A DNA stretch of 64,000 bases, taken from the NCBI RefSeq assembly GCF_009914755.1, contig NC_060932.1. One strand, given 5' to 3'. Below, in pieces: positions 29,783 to 45,128 of this stretch. The stretch is from the human T2T-CHM13v2.0 reference genome, Homo sapiens. Below the pieces are notes generated by a model. That model saw only the letters and a list, made by a program, of their open reading frames with translations, ran no database searches and was not told the DNA's origin. The position numbers and the translations under genes were made by a program. Positions within the stretch are counted from its first letter, which is position 1; every line of letters begins with the position of its first letter.

Positions 29783-30164
29783 TGTTATGTAAGGAAGTAA
29801 TTTAAATATTCTATTGAAGATCATTTATTTTCAATATTTTGCCTTAAAAACTGCCCAACCATAATAAAAAATAAAATAGTATCTCATGTTTCCCTTTGCC
29901 TGCATTCTCTCCAGTCTATTTTAAAGACCCTGTTAGCACAATATCCGTGAGACCTGCCTTAATCCAGCCCTGCATTCTTCTATCGGTTAGTGCAGAAAGT
30001 TTTTTTCTTCCATCTTTATGGAGATTTGAGCCATTGGGCTTAGATTCTGCCAACTAAATGATTTTATTCCTACCTAAATAGTTCCTATTGTTCAGCAACA
30101 ATAGTCCTCCTCATCTTTGTGTCTTCCATGGTACCTACAGAAGTTCTGAATATGTGGCAACGAT

Positions 30165-30288
30165 TTTTTTCTTAATAGAGACAGGGGTCTTACTACATTG
30201 CCCAGGCTGGTCTCAAACTCCTGACCTCAAGCAGTCTTCCTGCCTACGCCTCTTTCAGAGTGCTGGGATTACAGGTGCGAGCCTGGCC
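30165..30288 (-). mobile_element. Alu monomer (FLAM-like)
   Basis: TAGAGACAGGGGTCTT...CCCAGGCTGGTCTCAAACTCCTGACCTCAAG. Confidence 0.8.
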
Positions 30289-33279
30289 AGTGACAATAGT
30301 TTTAACAGGTGCCCTTGGGTAAATGTCAGTGATATGTAAGATCCACATTAGCGTGTGTATTTACTGAATGTTTATTTGAATTAGAACATATTTATAGTCT
30401 TTTGTGGTTACGGTTGTTTCAACTGTGCAATCGAAGTCCCTGAAATTTTGCCTTAAGTTTAGGTATTATCAGTATCATTCAGATTAACTGCTGCCAAACA
30501 CTGAAAGATTAGTGTTTGAGGTGGAAAGCAAGAGAATGAATGGCTAAGGAAGAAAAGGAAGGTAAAGGACTGAATGTGGCAGTTAAAGTCTGGGGGAAAG
30601 GAAAGGCTAGTGGTAAAATGAGAGAGGCAGGCTTCTTTTACTGCAACAGAGCACCGGCCACATGGGGAAGCAGGAGGACCACCAAATTCAGTTGGCTGCA
30701 GAGAAATCTGTTTATACTTCATAATCGTGGATCTGCCTAGACATTGCTTGTTTCATGGTGCAAACAGTGAAATCATTGAAACAAATGAAATCATTTGACA
30801 TCAGTTTGTTAACAAATATTTTTTCCTATTCTAAAACCTATTAGTTTTGCCTACTGCTTGTCCCTTAATGAAGTCTTAAAAGAGCTTGCCCCTAAAGAGA
30901 TGTACATAAGCAAAAAGAAACCAGCAATTTCATGTAAGCCCACCTTACCCTGTAGGTATTTCCTTGCTAAGGGTAATTGAGTTTAACAAAGGCGGTTTAA
31001 GTACCTATGCTATTTTAGGTATTGTGCTAGAGATTCAAAACTACAATATGTTTAACATCTATAGATAAGGTATTTTTAAGAGAATAGCTTAACCATTCAA
31101 ATTAAACTAATTCTGTGAAGAACATTAGTACTGCCTTGAGATATTTACCAACCAATACTTAAAATGTATTTTTGTACATTATATATATATGGAATGCAGT
31201 GGTCTAAAGATGGATTAGAAACATCTATACCTTAAAAAGTTTATATATGGGATTGATATTTAATGAATAGAGTGAAATGATCAATTTTTTAAAATCCCAG
31301 CCAATGTGTTATATACATACATATTTCTCATCTTTTTGGAAATGTTTTGCATCTTAAGTGGAGGAGATTTTATCTGTGACACCCAAGGCTCTTACCTTAG
31401 AACTTTTATTTGACCTCTCATAAGCCTTACTAGTATTTGGTTAATGTTCATTATATTTAGGAACTCAGCAATTTCAAAGTCCATGGCCACATATTTTATT
31501 GTTTGTGTGTGTGTGCAAAGCCTAGTGTTATTGCAAATAGCCACATACTTTTAAAACAAGTATATTAATGTCTACATTTGTCATGCTGGGTTTCAAACGC
31601 AAAGGACTCATTAAAATTAGTCATTAATCACTTAGTAATATATATTAAATATTAATGTTTGTCATGAAGTATGTAAAACAACCCGTTTGTATTGTATCCT
31701 CTATAATATGCTCAGGGGGTAGAAAATACTTGATTTTATTGTCTGTAATGTGTAATCAGAGATTGAACGACCAAGTAATGTAGCATTATCCAAAGATTAT
31801 TTGTTATATTTCAGTTGTAATGGAGTTAATTGCATGCCTTTCAGATAAAAAAATACTGTATGTACATCCTTAATTCATCTGGTACAACTATGTTTAAAAG
31901 TGCTTAATAAAGTATTCAGTACTATTTAGGTAATAAAATTAGTAGTGACTTACTTAATTTTATGTAGCATCACTTTCTTAAGCCTGTTTTTAAAGTGATT
32001 TATTACCAGACGGGCAAAAAGGCAATTTTTATGCAAATTGACACATTTAATAATAACTTTTGTAGTATAAAAGTGCTTGTTTGTATGAAGTTATAACTCA
32101 CTTATGGGGCCTTGTAGTTCTATGTAACATTCTAGTGAAATGTGCACATGTGGATGCTCTTGGAAGCACTTCCAGCCCTGTGAATTTATGTATCTGTTGA
32201 CTTCAATATTAGGTAGCTTGATTTCTAAAGCCATCACAGTAATTGACATGTTATTGGAAATAAAGTTAAGTTTTTCCTTATTTATAGGGATAACCTCAAT
32301 TTTGAAGAATGTGAATCAATTCATACTTGGCTGAAAGCCAGTTCCCTCTTCAGTTTAGCTCTAGCACATACATGAAAAGCGCACTCGCGTCCTAAGTGCC
32401 TTGTGAATCTGCAGTGATTAATTCTTCTCATTATTTTGCTGCAAATTCTCATGACCCTCTGTGATGATTCGATCAGCCACTTAGAGTTTATGCATATTCA
32501 TATCTCTGTGCTCCTGCCGCAGACGTTCAGATCTCCTTCACTGACTGGTGTGTGCTTGGTGCAGTAATTGAGCTGCAGTAGATTGATTACTCTGGGGAGC
32601 TGTAAGGCCTTTAAAGGTGAAAACATATCAGTCCTGTTAATTAGGAAACAAAAGCTCTGATGGCAAGTTCAGCAGTCAAATGTTTCCAGTGTAGAAAAGA
32701 TAAAAGGTATGATTTGTTCCTCTCCATGAATGCTGTTTACTTTTTAAACTTTAAATTAGGTCTGTATCAGTGGTAATGGAGTATAGCTTTCTTTTATGAA
32801 TTTTTATAGAATGCTAATTGAAGAGGACTTTATTGATTGGTACTGTTATCTGTGATCTGTCAAATCTGATAGTTTAGAACCTATTCAGAGTTTGTATATG
32901 CCTTCTATAGCATTCGTAATATTTATATATAATTTCTAAATATTTTACATAGAGAATGCTTGTGTATAAATTTTGGTATTTATAGGCTTCATTTGGTCTA
33001 CAGTATTTCAACAGTAGTTTTTTATTTTGACAATTTAATGGCAAAGAAGTTGAGCCGTCTTTTCTCTCTTTATCGTAAGCGTCCTTTGATTTTGCTTTCT
33101 TAAACTATATACTAAATAATACATTATCATGGCAAAAAAGGCCCTGAGTGGAACTGTATTATCCAGAAGTAAGCTAGTTTTTACATGGAGGATTATGCAG
33201 TTTACATAATTGAAATGTGTTTTTCTCTGTGTGCTGTTCTCATATTCCAATATTCTTTTTTCCTCTCATGGTCATGATG

Positions 33280-34240
33280 TTTTCTTTTGAGATATAATTC
33301 ACATACCATAAAATTGATGCTTTTAAACTATACAATTCGTTAGCTGGGTGTGGCAGCACACACCTGTAGTCCCAGCTACTCAGGAGGCTGAAGTGAGAGG
33401 ATCACTTGAACTGGGAGGCAGAGGTTGCAGTGAACCGAGATTGCGCCGCTGCACTCCATCCTAGGCGACAGGGTGAGCCCCTGTCTCAAAAATAAATAAA
33501 TAAACAATTCAGTGGTTTTTAGTCTATTCACAAAGTTACACAACCATCACCACTATCTAATTCCAGAACATTTTAGTTACCCCAAAAAGAAACCTCATAC
33601 TCATTAGCATTCTCTCCCCTTTTTCTCTTCCATCTAGCTTCTGGCAACCAGTAATCTACTTTCTGTCTCCATGGATTTGCCTATTCTAGACATTTCGTAC
33701 AAATGGAGTTGTAGTATTGTGGCGTTTTGTGTCTGCCTTCTTTCATTTAGCACAGTGTTTTCAAGGTTCATCCACATTGTAGCATGAATCAGTACTTCAT
33801 TCCTTTTTATGGCCAAATAATATTCTACTAATTGAATATCTCAAATTTTGTTTTTTATTGACTGAACATTTCTGTAGTTTGCACTTGTTGGCTGTTGTGA
33901 ATAATGCTGTTTGTAATGCTAATTAGCATGTGCGTACATCCTTTGTTCTTAATCTTAGGGGAAAGGCTTTCAGCCTTCATCTTCGAATATGATGTTAGAT
34001 GTAGTTTTTCTTAGATGCCATTCTTTAGATCAGGTTGAGGAGTTCCCTTCTATTTCGACTTGAGTGTTTTTATCATGAAATGTTGGATTTTGTCAAATGC
34101 TTTTTCTATGTCTATTGATGATCATGAGGGCTTGTTTATTAATATAATGTATTACATCGATTGTTCTTTATTAATATGTTATTAATATCTTTGTTCTTTA
34201 TTAATATGTATTACGTCGATTGACTTTCATATGTTGAATG
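33280..34240 (-). mobile_element. L1MB-type 3' end and L1M ORF2 fragment, antisense, with an Alu right monomer (+) at 33340-33504
   Basis: GAGATATAATTCACATACCATAAAATT...GATTTGCCTATTCTAGACATTTC...; CTTAGGGGAAAGGCTTTCAG. Confidence 0.82.
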
Positions 34241-34301
34241 TTATGATATTCTATAGAGCATATATAATGTTATTTTACTGCTTTGGTTTTATATAATATG
34301 A

Positions 34302-34427
<126 letters not shown>

Positions 34428-36365
34428 TAGAGTTCACTTTTGATTACTATTTTATATTTTTTATTTTATAATTCTTTATTTTATAATTTTTTTAATTCCT
34501 AAAATCAATCATGATAATCAGTTAACACCATTAGTTTACAGTCATCCAACTGAAAAATTGGTATATGTGGTATAGTAGTTAAATATTTATGTTCTAGTAG
34601 AGCAACACTTTGTCTATGGAAATGGATTAAAGTAAGTGGCCCTATCCATTCATTGCAAGCAATGCAAAATAATATAAATCCCCCAAAGAGAAAAGAAAAT
34701 CCACTTTTATCCACATGACCATATGGTGTCATCTGCTTTGGGAATAATGTTCTGGTATATAAATGCATGTACTATGTACTAATGCAAGATGCTCTCTCTG
34801 TTATCTGGCAGGAAAGAGGGAAATACCAAATTTGGAAATTACTCCCAATATAGCATAGCATGTTTTCAGGAGACTAAATTCATATATATATATATAAAAT
34901 TGGCATTTGGCATAGGGTTTTTTGTAATGTTATTTTGATCCTGTTTTGGTCAACATGATTAGGATAAAATGTAAAGCTTTGAAGCATCTAATTCAGAGTG
35001 TTCACCAAAGATCATCACTTGACCCACATCCCCACTCTGCATTTATCTGTATTTATTTCAAAATGTTTATGTGGATGTAGCCTACTTATTCTTACATAAA
35101 TATTTTTGCCATTCTGTATTAAGATTTCTGGCTTCTGAAAGAAAAGCCCTGGTTTCTCCCCAGTTGCAGTTAGAAAAGCATTGTGTTAGGAAGCCATTAT
35201 GTATGTCTCTCTCATCCTATACATAAATGAGGCTCTCTATTACTTCAGTAGTCTCTGCTCAGACAAACAGCAGTTTACCTAAGGTTTCCAAAAAGTACAT
35301 GATTTTTTCATTGTTTAATTTGGAGTAATATAGTTTCTAAATCCTATCTTCTAGGCTTATATGACGGTACTTCTTGAGTTAGTTTAAAGGTGACACCATT
35401 CAGAGACTAATGCCATATAAATTGAACAGTAATTGGGCCTCTATCTAAAAGGGCACATTCATTGTTTCTGTCTGGTTTCATATAGTAGCTGACTGCTTTA
35501 CTGTGCCTTATGCAGCTTTGATTGTAATGTGCTGTTGGGAGCCAACAGGCCGTGCTATTTATTTGGCCTAATGCCAAGTCTGACTCCTTGACTCCTCAAG
35601 AAGTTGCTACCAGCCCAGAGGGGGCAAAATCAATGAGCCATAGGGCATGCTTTTTATTAAAGAGGAGTCAAAAGAGCGAAAAGAAACCACATCAGCTGCT
35701 GTCAATACTGAGCTAGTGCCAGAAACCCCAAGGCTACTACTGTTGCAGAACAACTGCCAAGCACTATAAATCTGAGATTTACTGTGACGTAAAGTTTCCT
35801 TAAGAGCTTAATTTCTGAAGCTACTGTATTACTTTTCTCAAAGTGTTGTATTTTTAGGTAAAATCCACTTGAGGGAGTGAGGGTTAAGACATAAGTGTGA
35901 GTTTGATGAATGAAAGAACTACTCTGTGTGTGGGTTCTTGGCAAGCTGCCATGTCTTTGGGGATCATAGAAATTATTGATGACACAGAACACTCATATGC
36001 CCTTAGCCTGTACAGCTGATTCAACATGGAACAGAAACACTGTCTAGAGAAAAGATTTTACGTTGTATTAAAGCAGCATGGGCTTTGGGTATTTTTATGC
36101 TTTAAAGATTACTTGCAATAATTATTTTAAATGATTTCTGCATTATGAGAATTTCCTGAAAAGCAGCATTATCCAATAACTGTTTACCCCGTACCTGGTA
36201 TGATAAAGAATTATTTTCAGAAACATTTCCACAGTGTTTTTAAAAGGAAGGAACATCCCTTAGGAGATATTGTTTTAATTGTTGCTAAAATCTACTTGCT
36301 GTATTTTTCTCAGTTGTTTGATAAAATTGTATCATAAAGAATTAAATGAGTTTTTTAAGAATTAG

Positions 36366-36512
<147 letters not shown>

Positions 36513-37721
36513 GTCTGTTTTTACTGTCTAGCTGCCCAACGGGGCCTACTCACTTATTCTTTCACCCCCTCTCCTCCTGCTCAGCTGAGACATGAAACTA
36601 TTTGAAATGGCTTTATGTCACAGAAGACTTTAATCCGTCAAATTCTTGTATAACTTTGAATAAATGGTTAATGTTCACTTAAAAGACAGATTTTGGAGAT
36701 TGTATTCATATCTATTTGCATTTGATTTCTAGGTCAATTGATGTGATTATTTTTGTTAAATGTTGTCTTGTGCCCTTAACTACGAACTGAATTGTATTAA
36801 ACACTACAAAGTCATCTTGAGTATTTTAAATCGGTTTGTGTAGTTAGGTTTCCCAACATCTGTGGTTACCTAATGTTTAATATTATAGAACTGTCCTCAG
36901 AAACTTTGTCAATTTTCACGGCTATAAGGAAACAGAAGGACTCTTTTAATTCTGTATTTATCATTTACTTTCTGTATATATAGTTTAATAACCTGCTTGG
37001 GTGTAATTTGCCAAGCTTGAATTCTTTAATGCATTTGCATAAATTCTATACTGTTTAGAGCTTAAAGCTACAGAAGCATTGTTAGGAATTGCTTGGACAC
37101 TGAATTTTAAACTTTTTGACATTGTTAACAAGCATGTTCATCTTTTCTTGTCACTAGTCCAAGAAAAATATGCTTAATGTATATTACAAAGGCTTTGTAT
37201 ATGTTAACCTGTTTTAATGCCAAAAGTTTGCTTTGTCCACAATTTCCTTAAGACCTCTTCAGAAAGGGATTTGTTTGCCTTAATGAATACTGTTGGGAAA
37301 AAACACAGTATAATGAGTGAAAAGGGCAGAAGCAAGAAATTTCTACATCTTAGCGACTCCAAGAAGAATGAGTATCCACATTTAGATGGCACATTATGAG
37401 GACTTTAATCTTTCCTTAAACACAATAATGTTTTCTTTTTTCTTTTATTCACATGATTTCTAAGTATATTTTTCATGCAGGACAGTTTTTCAACCTTGAT
37501 GTACAGTGACTGTGTAAAATTTTTCTTTCAGTGGCAACCTCTATAATCTTTAAAATATGGTGAGCATCTTGTCTGTTTTGAAGGGGATATGACAATAAAT
37601 CTATCAGATGGAAAATCCTGTTACAAAGTAGAAAAGCTTTAGTAATTTACTCAGTGTGGTGGTTTTATCCTTTTTTTCTTTTTCTCCCTTGGTCTATAAT
37701 GAAATTGTTACAGCAGTGCAA

Positions 37722-37760
37722 AATAAAATCCTATGTATAAAAGTGTTCTTTTTTTTTATT
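37722..37760 (+). terminator. Candidate proximal/medial poly(A) site
   Basis: AATAAA at 37722-37727 followed ~15-30 nt later by a GU/U-rich element (GTGTTCTTTTTTTTT). Confidence 0.6.
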
Positions 37761-39343
37761 ATGACCACCTCTTTTTTAATGTATTTTTAGTCCACTTACA
37801 GCTTTTACATGGGTTTAAGCATGTTTTTTAAAAGGGTCAGAATGGTTAACACTCAACCCTTTTTAAAAATTTTGCTAAAATGCGACAAATCTCACCATAC
37901 TGAAATTATTTTTGTTGATGGTGTAAGCAGTGTAAGCAAGTGTTTTCTCCTGAACTAGCACAAAAGCACTTATGCCTGAAAGAAAGCATAAAGAAGTTCT
38001 AACTCTGAAACTAACTACTTTCATTTCGCTCATGGCCTTCAACTTTCTACAGGTCTTCCCTGAAGATTCAGCAGTACTCTCTCAAAGGTTTGACAGTACT
38101 CTTGTGGGAAATCACCAAATGCTGTCATAGTTTTGTTTTAACTGTCTCCTTGAGGGCAGAGGGAAGGGTGAGAGAAAATCTGTTTTCATGGGTATTTGTA
38201 GTACAGCCTTTTTTTCTTTCAAGTGGCTGTATCAAATTCACTGGTCTTACTAATCACTGTCTTTACCAGTGAGTACAAAAAGTTAAGGCAACTAGGACAG
38301 GTACTGCTCTATACCAAGAAGAGAATGATTCTTTGGAAATTGTTATTTTTAAGCTTCTGTTAATTTTTCCAGAAGTTTAGTGCGTTTCTTTTCCATACTT
38401 TCTCCCCTAATTCTTTTATTTGAAGAAGAGAACTTAATGGCAAATAAACAACAAACCAGGACATGCATTTTAATACCCTAAGGAAAAATGGAACCCTCAA
38501 ATATAACTCCTCCCACAACCACCCTAATGTGCCTCAGTCTGGGGCAGCAGGTGGACTTCTCAATAGTTCTTTTCCACATTCTCTACAAATCACATCTACC
38601 GTTAAGGAATATGTTATGAATCCTTTCTGTTAATTGAGAAAGCAATGTTATTGTCTGTGATTTCCAGTCTTTGCTCATTTTATTATCCCTGTCAAATAAT
38701 GTAATATTGGTACCTGCAGTTGAATTTGTAATATTGTAATTGAATTTTTAGTTGATCTTCGATCAGTTTTTATAGCATCTATGGACATAGAAAATCAGTC
38801 ACTGAAAAAAATAAACACAGCTTTCAATGTCTCACTCAACATGTAACATTCAAAATTGTGATCTTCATAAAGACATTGTTACCATTCGTCTTGCAAATTT
38901 AAGACAACTGAATGAAAAGCCAATTTTTTGAAAGAATGTGGCATATAATTAGATATACAACTGAAACAGGATATACAACTGCATACAATTTGTTTTTAAT
39001 GATATTTTAAAATAGCCTGTTAGCAGGAAAATAGTCCCTATTTATCTGCTAATGGTCAAAAAGAGTTAGGATATAAATCGTACCAAAATGTTTCCAATCA
39101 CTCAGAAAAACTGATTCATGTCTGGCTTTGCAACACCTTAAACATTTATTCTGTCATAGATAGTAAAGCCCCATCTCAGTTTATTTAGTCCTGAGGTTGG
39201 CAGCATGGGGTTTGACTATATGAGCTAAAAGATACACAAAGAGATAACGCTGTTTCATAATAAACAGGAATTGACTATACAAATAGGTAAACCAGCATAT
39301 CTACCTGTATTTCTCAGAGTTTAGATGTGTGCTTTATGTTTAC

Positions 39344-39354
39344 ATTAAAATAAA
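39344..39354 (+). terminator. Candidate distal poly(A) signal
   Basis: Overlapping ATTAAA (39344-39349) and AATAAA (39349-39354). A U-rich tract lies at ~39403-39420 and unique sequence ends shortly afterwards. Confidence 0.55.
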
Positions 39355-39442
39355 GCCTAACGCCACAGTAGATCATCTCATACTGCATTCGGATGTACTA
39401 GGTATTATTATTTTTTGGTTGAAGTCACGACAGAGAACTTCA

Positions 39443-39748
39443 TTTTATTTATTTTGTTTATTTTGGGAGACAGGTCTCACTCTAATCCCCCAGGCTGGAG
39501 TGCAGTGGCGCCGTCTTGGCTCACTGTGACCTCCACCTCCCCAGGTTCAAGTGATTCTCATGCCTCAGCCTCCCAAGTAGCTGGGATTAGAGGTCCCTGC
39601 CACCACGCCCGGCTACTTTGTATTTTTAGTAGAGACGGGGTTTTGCCATGTTGGCCAGGCTGGTCTCAGACTCCTGACCTTAGGTCATCTGCCCACCTCA
39701 GCCTCCCAAAGTGCTGGGGTTACAGGTGTGAGCCACCATGCCTGGCCA
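39443..39748 (-). mobile_element. Alu (AluS-like)
   Basis: Reverse dimer. Confidence 0.92.
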
Positions 39749-39799
39749 AAAACTAAGTGCCAGTCTATATATTAGTATTAATTAGTTTTACAAAATTAT

Positions 39800-42345
<2,546 letters not shown>

Positions 42346-42669
42346 ATGAGGCCTACGAAATTCAGTGTAGACCAACAAGATTGCAGTGGCCTTATTTTTC
42401 CTTCTACTAATGCTGATTTCTTGCCTCACACAATTGTCCCTGTCTCCAAATATTGCCGTCAAAATTAGCTAAAAGAATACACTCTCAAAGCAAATATTCT
42501 TTTCAAATTATTTGTCAAAAGTACTAGAACCAAAATACCTGCCCTCCTTGAGCTGGTAAGCCAACATTTATTCTCATGGATAAGACATATGAAGTCTCTG
42601 AGGAATTGTATTAATGCCCCATTTTAAGAGTACAGTGCAGATTGAAAATATTTCTTAAAAACTGGATGC

Positions 42670-42917
42670 TTGTGTCTGTACTGAACATGTAAGATATTTT
42701 TCTTGTCACTATTCCCTAAACAATACGGTGTAACAGCTGTCTACATACCAAGTGCATTGTGTTAGGTATAAGTAATCTAGAGGTGATTTAAAGTATACAG
42801 CAGGATGTGGGTAGGTTGTATGCAAATACCACTTTATATCAGGGACTTGATATCCATGGAGTTTGGTCTCCTCAAGCATCCTGTAACAATCCTCCAGCAC
42901 ATACCAAGGAACAACTG
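42670..42917. mobile_element. MER2 (Tigger family) fragment
   Basis: TGTACTGAACATGTA...ATTCCCTAAACAATAC...AAGTAATCTAGAG.TGATTTAAAGTATAC...AGGGACTTGA. Confidence 0.82.
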
Positions 42918-42956
42918 GCTATTAGTAATAAGAATCTCACAGATTTATTTTATCCA

Positions 42957-43440
42957 GTGTATTCATTTTCTATTGCTGCTGTTATAAATTATAAGTGTGA
43001 CTTAAAACAACACAAATGTATTCTATTACAGTCCTAGAGGTCAGAATTCTCACTAAAATCAAGGTGGTGGCAGGGCTGTATTACTTTCTGGAGATTCTAG
43101 GGTATAATCCATTTTCTTGCCTTTCCCAGCTTTTGAAGGTGGTCCACACTCTGTGGCTTGCAGCTTCTTCCTCCATCTTTAAACTATAGAATGGCCACTT
43201 GAGTTCTTTTTACATCACATGAAGTCACTCTGACCAGTCTCTTCACCCTCCCTCCTTCCCCACCCAGATAATCTAGGATAATCTCATCTCAGTGTTGGCT
43301 GATAAGCAAGCATAATTCTTTCTACAACCTTATTTATTTATCCAGCTAACAGTCTTACTAGAGTTTCTACAACTTTACTTCTCCCTTGCCAAGTAAAATA
43401 TTTACAATTTCCTGAACACGGACATCTTTGGGAGCCATTA
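42957..43440 (-). mobile_element. MLT1-type MaLR LTR
   Basis: TTTTCTATTGCTGCTGT...CTTAAAACAACACAAAT...AAAATCAAGGTG..GGCAGGGCTG...GGACATCTTTGGG.GCCATTA. Confidence 0.8.
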
Positions 43441-43465
43441 ATGCATGTTTAAAGCTCACAATGAA

Positions 43466-43752
<287 letters not shown>

Positions 43753-43809
43753 AACATGTTTATATATTTTTTAAATATATATAATTTTTTAAAAGCTCAC
43801 AGTGAAAGA

Positions 43810-44480
43810 GTTATAATCCATGGGTTGGCAAAATGTGAAAGTCTGACATCAAATGTTTGGATGTTGGCAAGGTTGTAAAGCAAAAGAAATGCTCATATAT
43901 ACTACTGGAAGGAGAGCAAATGGGTGCAACCACTTTGGAAAACAGCCTGCAATCCCTTCTCTCAGAACATGCCCTAGAGAAATTCATCCACGGGTGCACC
44001 AGGATCCTTCTGCCAGAATATTCAGTTTCATATGTAATAGCCCCTGGGAACAACCTTGATGTGCATCAAGAGAAGGGTTGAACCATGGTATATTCATATA
44101 GTGGGATAACATACAGCAATGAAGATGAGTTGAACTGCAGCCATTTAGCAACATGGATGATATTTTTAAATTAACCCTTATTTTACTTAAATGAATGAAT
44201 TTTGCTGGTGAAAAAAATATACAGAAAAGAATACATATAGCATCATTTCATTAACTCTAAAGTTAAGCAAGGAAATTATTATCACAAAAGTCAGGATATT
44301 GGTTACCTCTAGCAGGATAGGAGGGGCACAGGGAGATTCTCTGGGACTAGCAATGTTCTGTTTCACGACCTGAATGAGACTTACATAGATATTTGCTTTA
44401 TATGTCTATAAACTATGCCTCTGTGTTTTATGCACTTCCCTATAAATAAGATTTTGTGTCCATTCAACAAACAAAAATGC
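43810..44480 (+). mobile_element. Old L1ME-like 3' fragment
   Basis: CAACCACTTTGGAAAAC and CCATGGTATATTCATA...ATACAGCAATGAA...GCAACATGGATGA. Confidence 0.65.
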
Positions 44481-44531
44481 TGCCTTATAAGTTGCCCTCA
44501 AAACTAAAAAGCATGAAGTTTGCAGTGCCCC

Positions 44532-45128
44532 TTGTTATGGGTTGCATTGTGTCTACCCTAAAAAGATAGGTTGAAATCCTGACTTGGCTCATGCCTGTAA
44601 TCCCAGCACTCTGGGAGGCTGAGGCAGGAGGATCTCTTGAGGCCAGGAGTTTGAGACCAGCCCTAATAACATAGCAAGACCCTGTCTCTATAAATGACAA
44701 CAACAACAAAAAAGAAAACAAATGAAATCTAACCACCTAGTATTTCAGAATCTGACCGTATTTGGAAATAGGAACATGGCAGATGCAATTAATGAAAATG
44801 AAGTCCTACTGGAGTAGGGTGGGCCCCCAATCCAACATAACTGTGTCCTTATGAGAAGATGGCCCTGTGAAAACAAACACACAAGGAGAACGCCATATGA
44901 GGCCAACACAGAGAATGCAGTTAATGCAGCTGCAAGCCAAGGAACGCTGAAGATTGCTGGCTGCCAGCCACACGTTAGAATGAGGCAAGGAAGGATTTCC
45001 CCAGGTTTCACAGGGAGCATGGCCCTGCAGGTATCTTGACTTCTGGCCTCCAAAATGGTGAAAGAATAAATTTCTGTTGGTTTAAGCCAAAGAGTCTCTT
45101 TGTTATGGCAGCCATAGAAACGAATACA
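44532..45128 (+). mobile_element. MLT1C-like LTR with an inserted Alu monomer (44586-44721)
   Basis: TGTTATGGGTTG.ATTGTGTC...ATTTGGAAATAGG...GCAAGCCAAGGAAC...AATAAATTTCTGTTG.TTTAAGCC...ATGGCAGCC.TAG.AA. Confidence 0.85.

Larger units (their letters stand above)
36513..39385 (+). other. RAB2A: RAB2A 3'UTR (long form; end approximate)
   Basis: AT-rich stretch after the stop with no recognisable repeats and several AATAAA hexamers. It ends just before the first downstream Alu (~39443). Confidence 0.7.
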
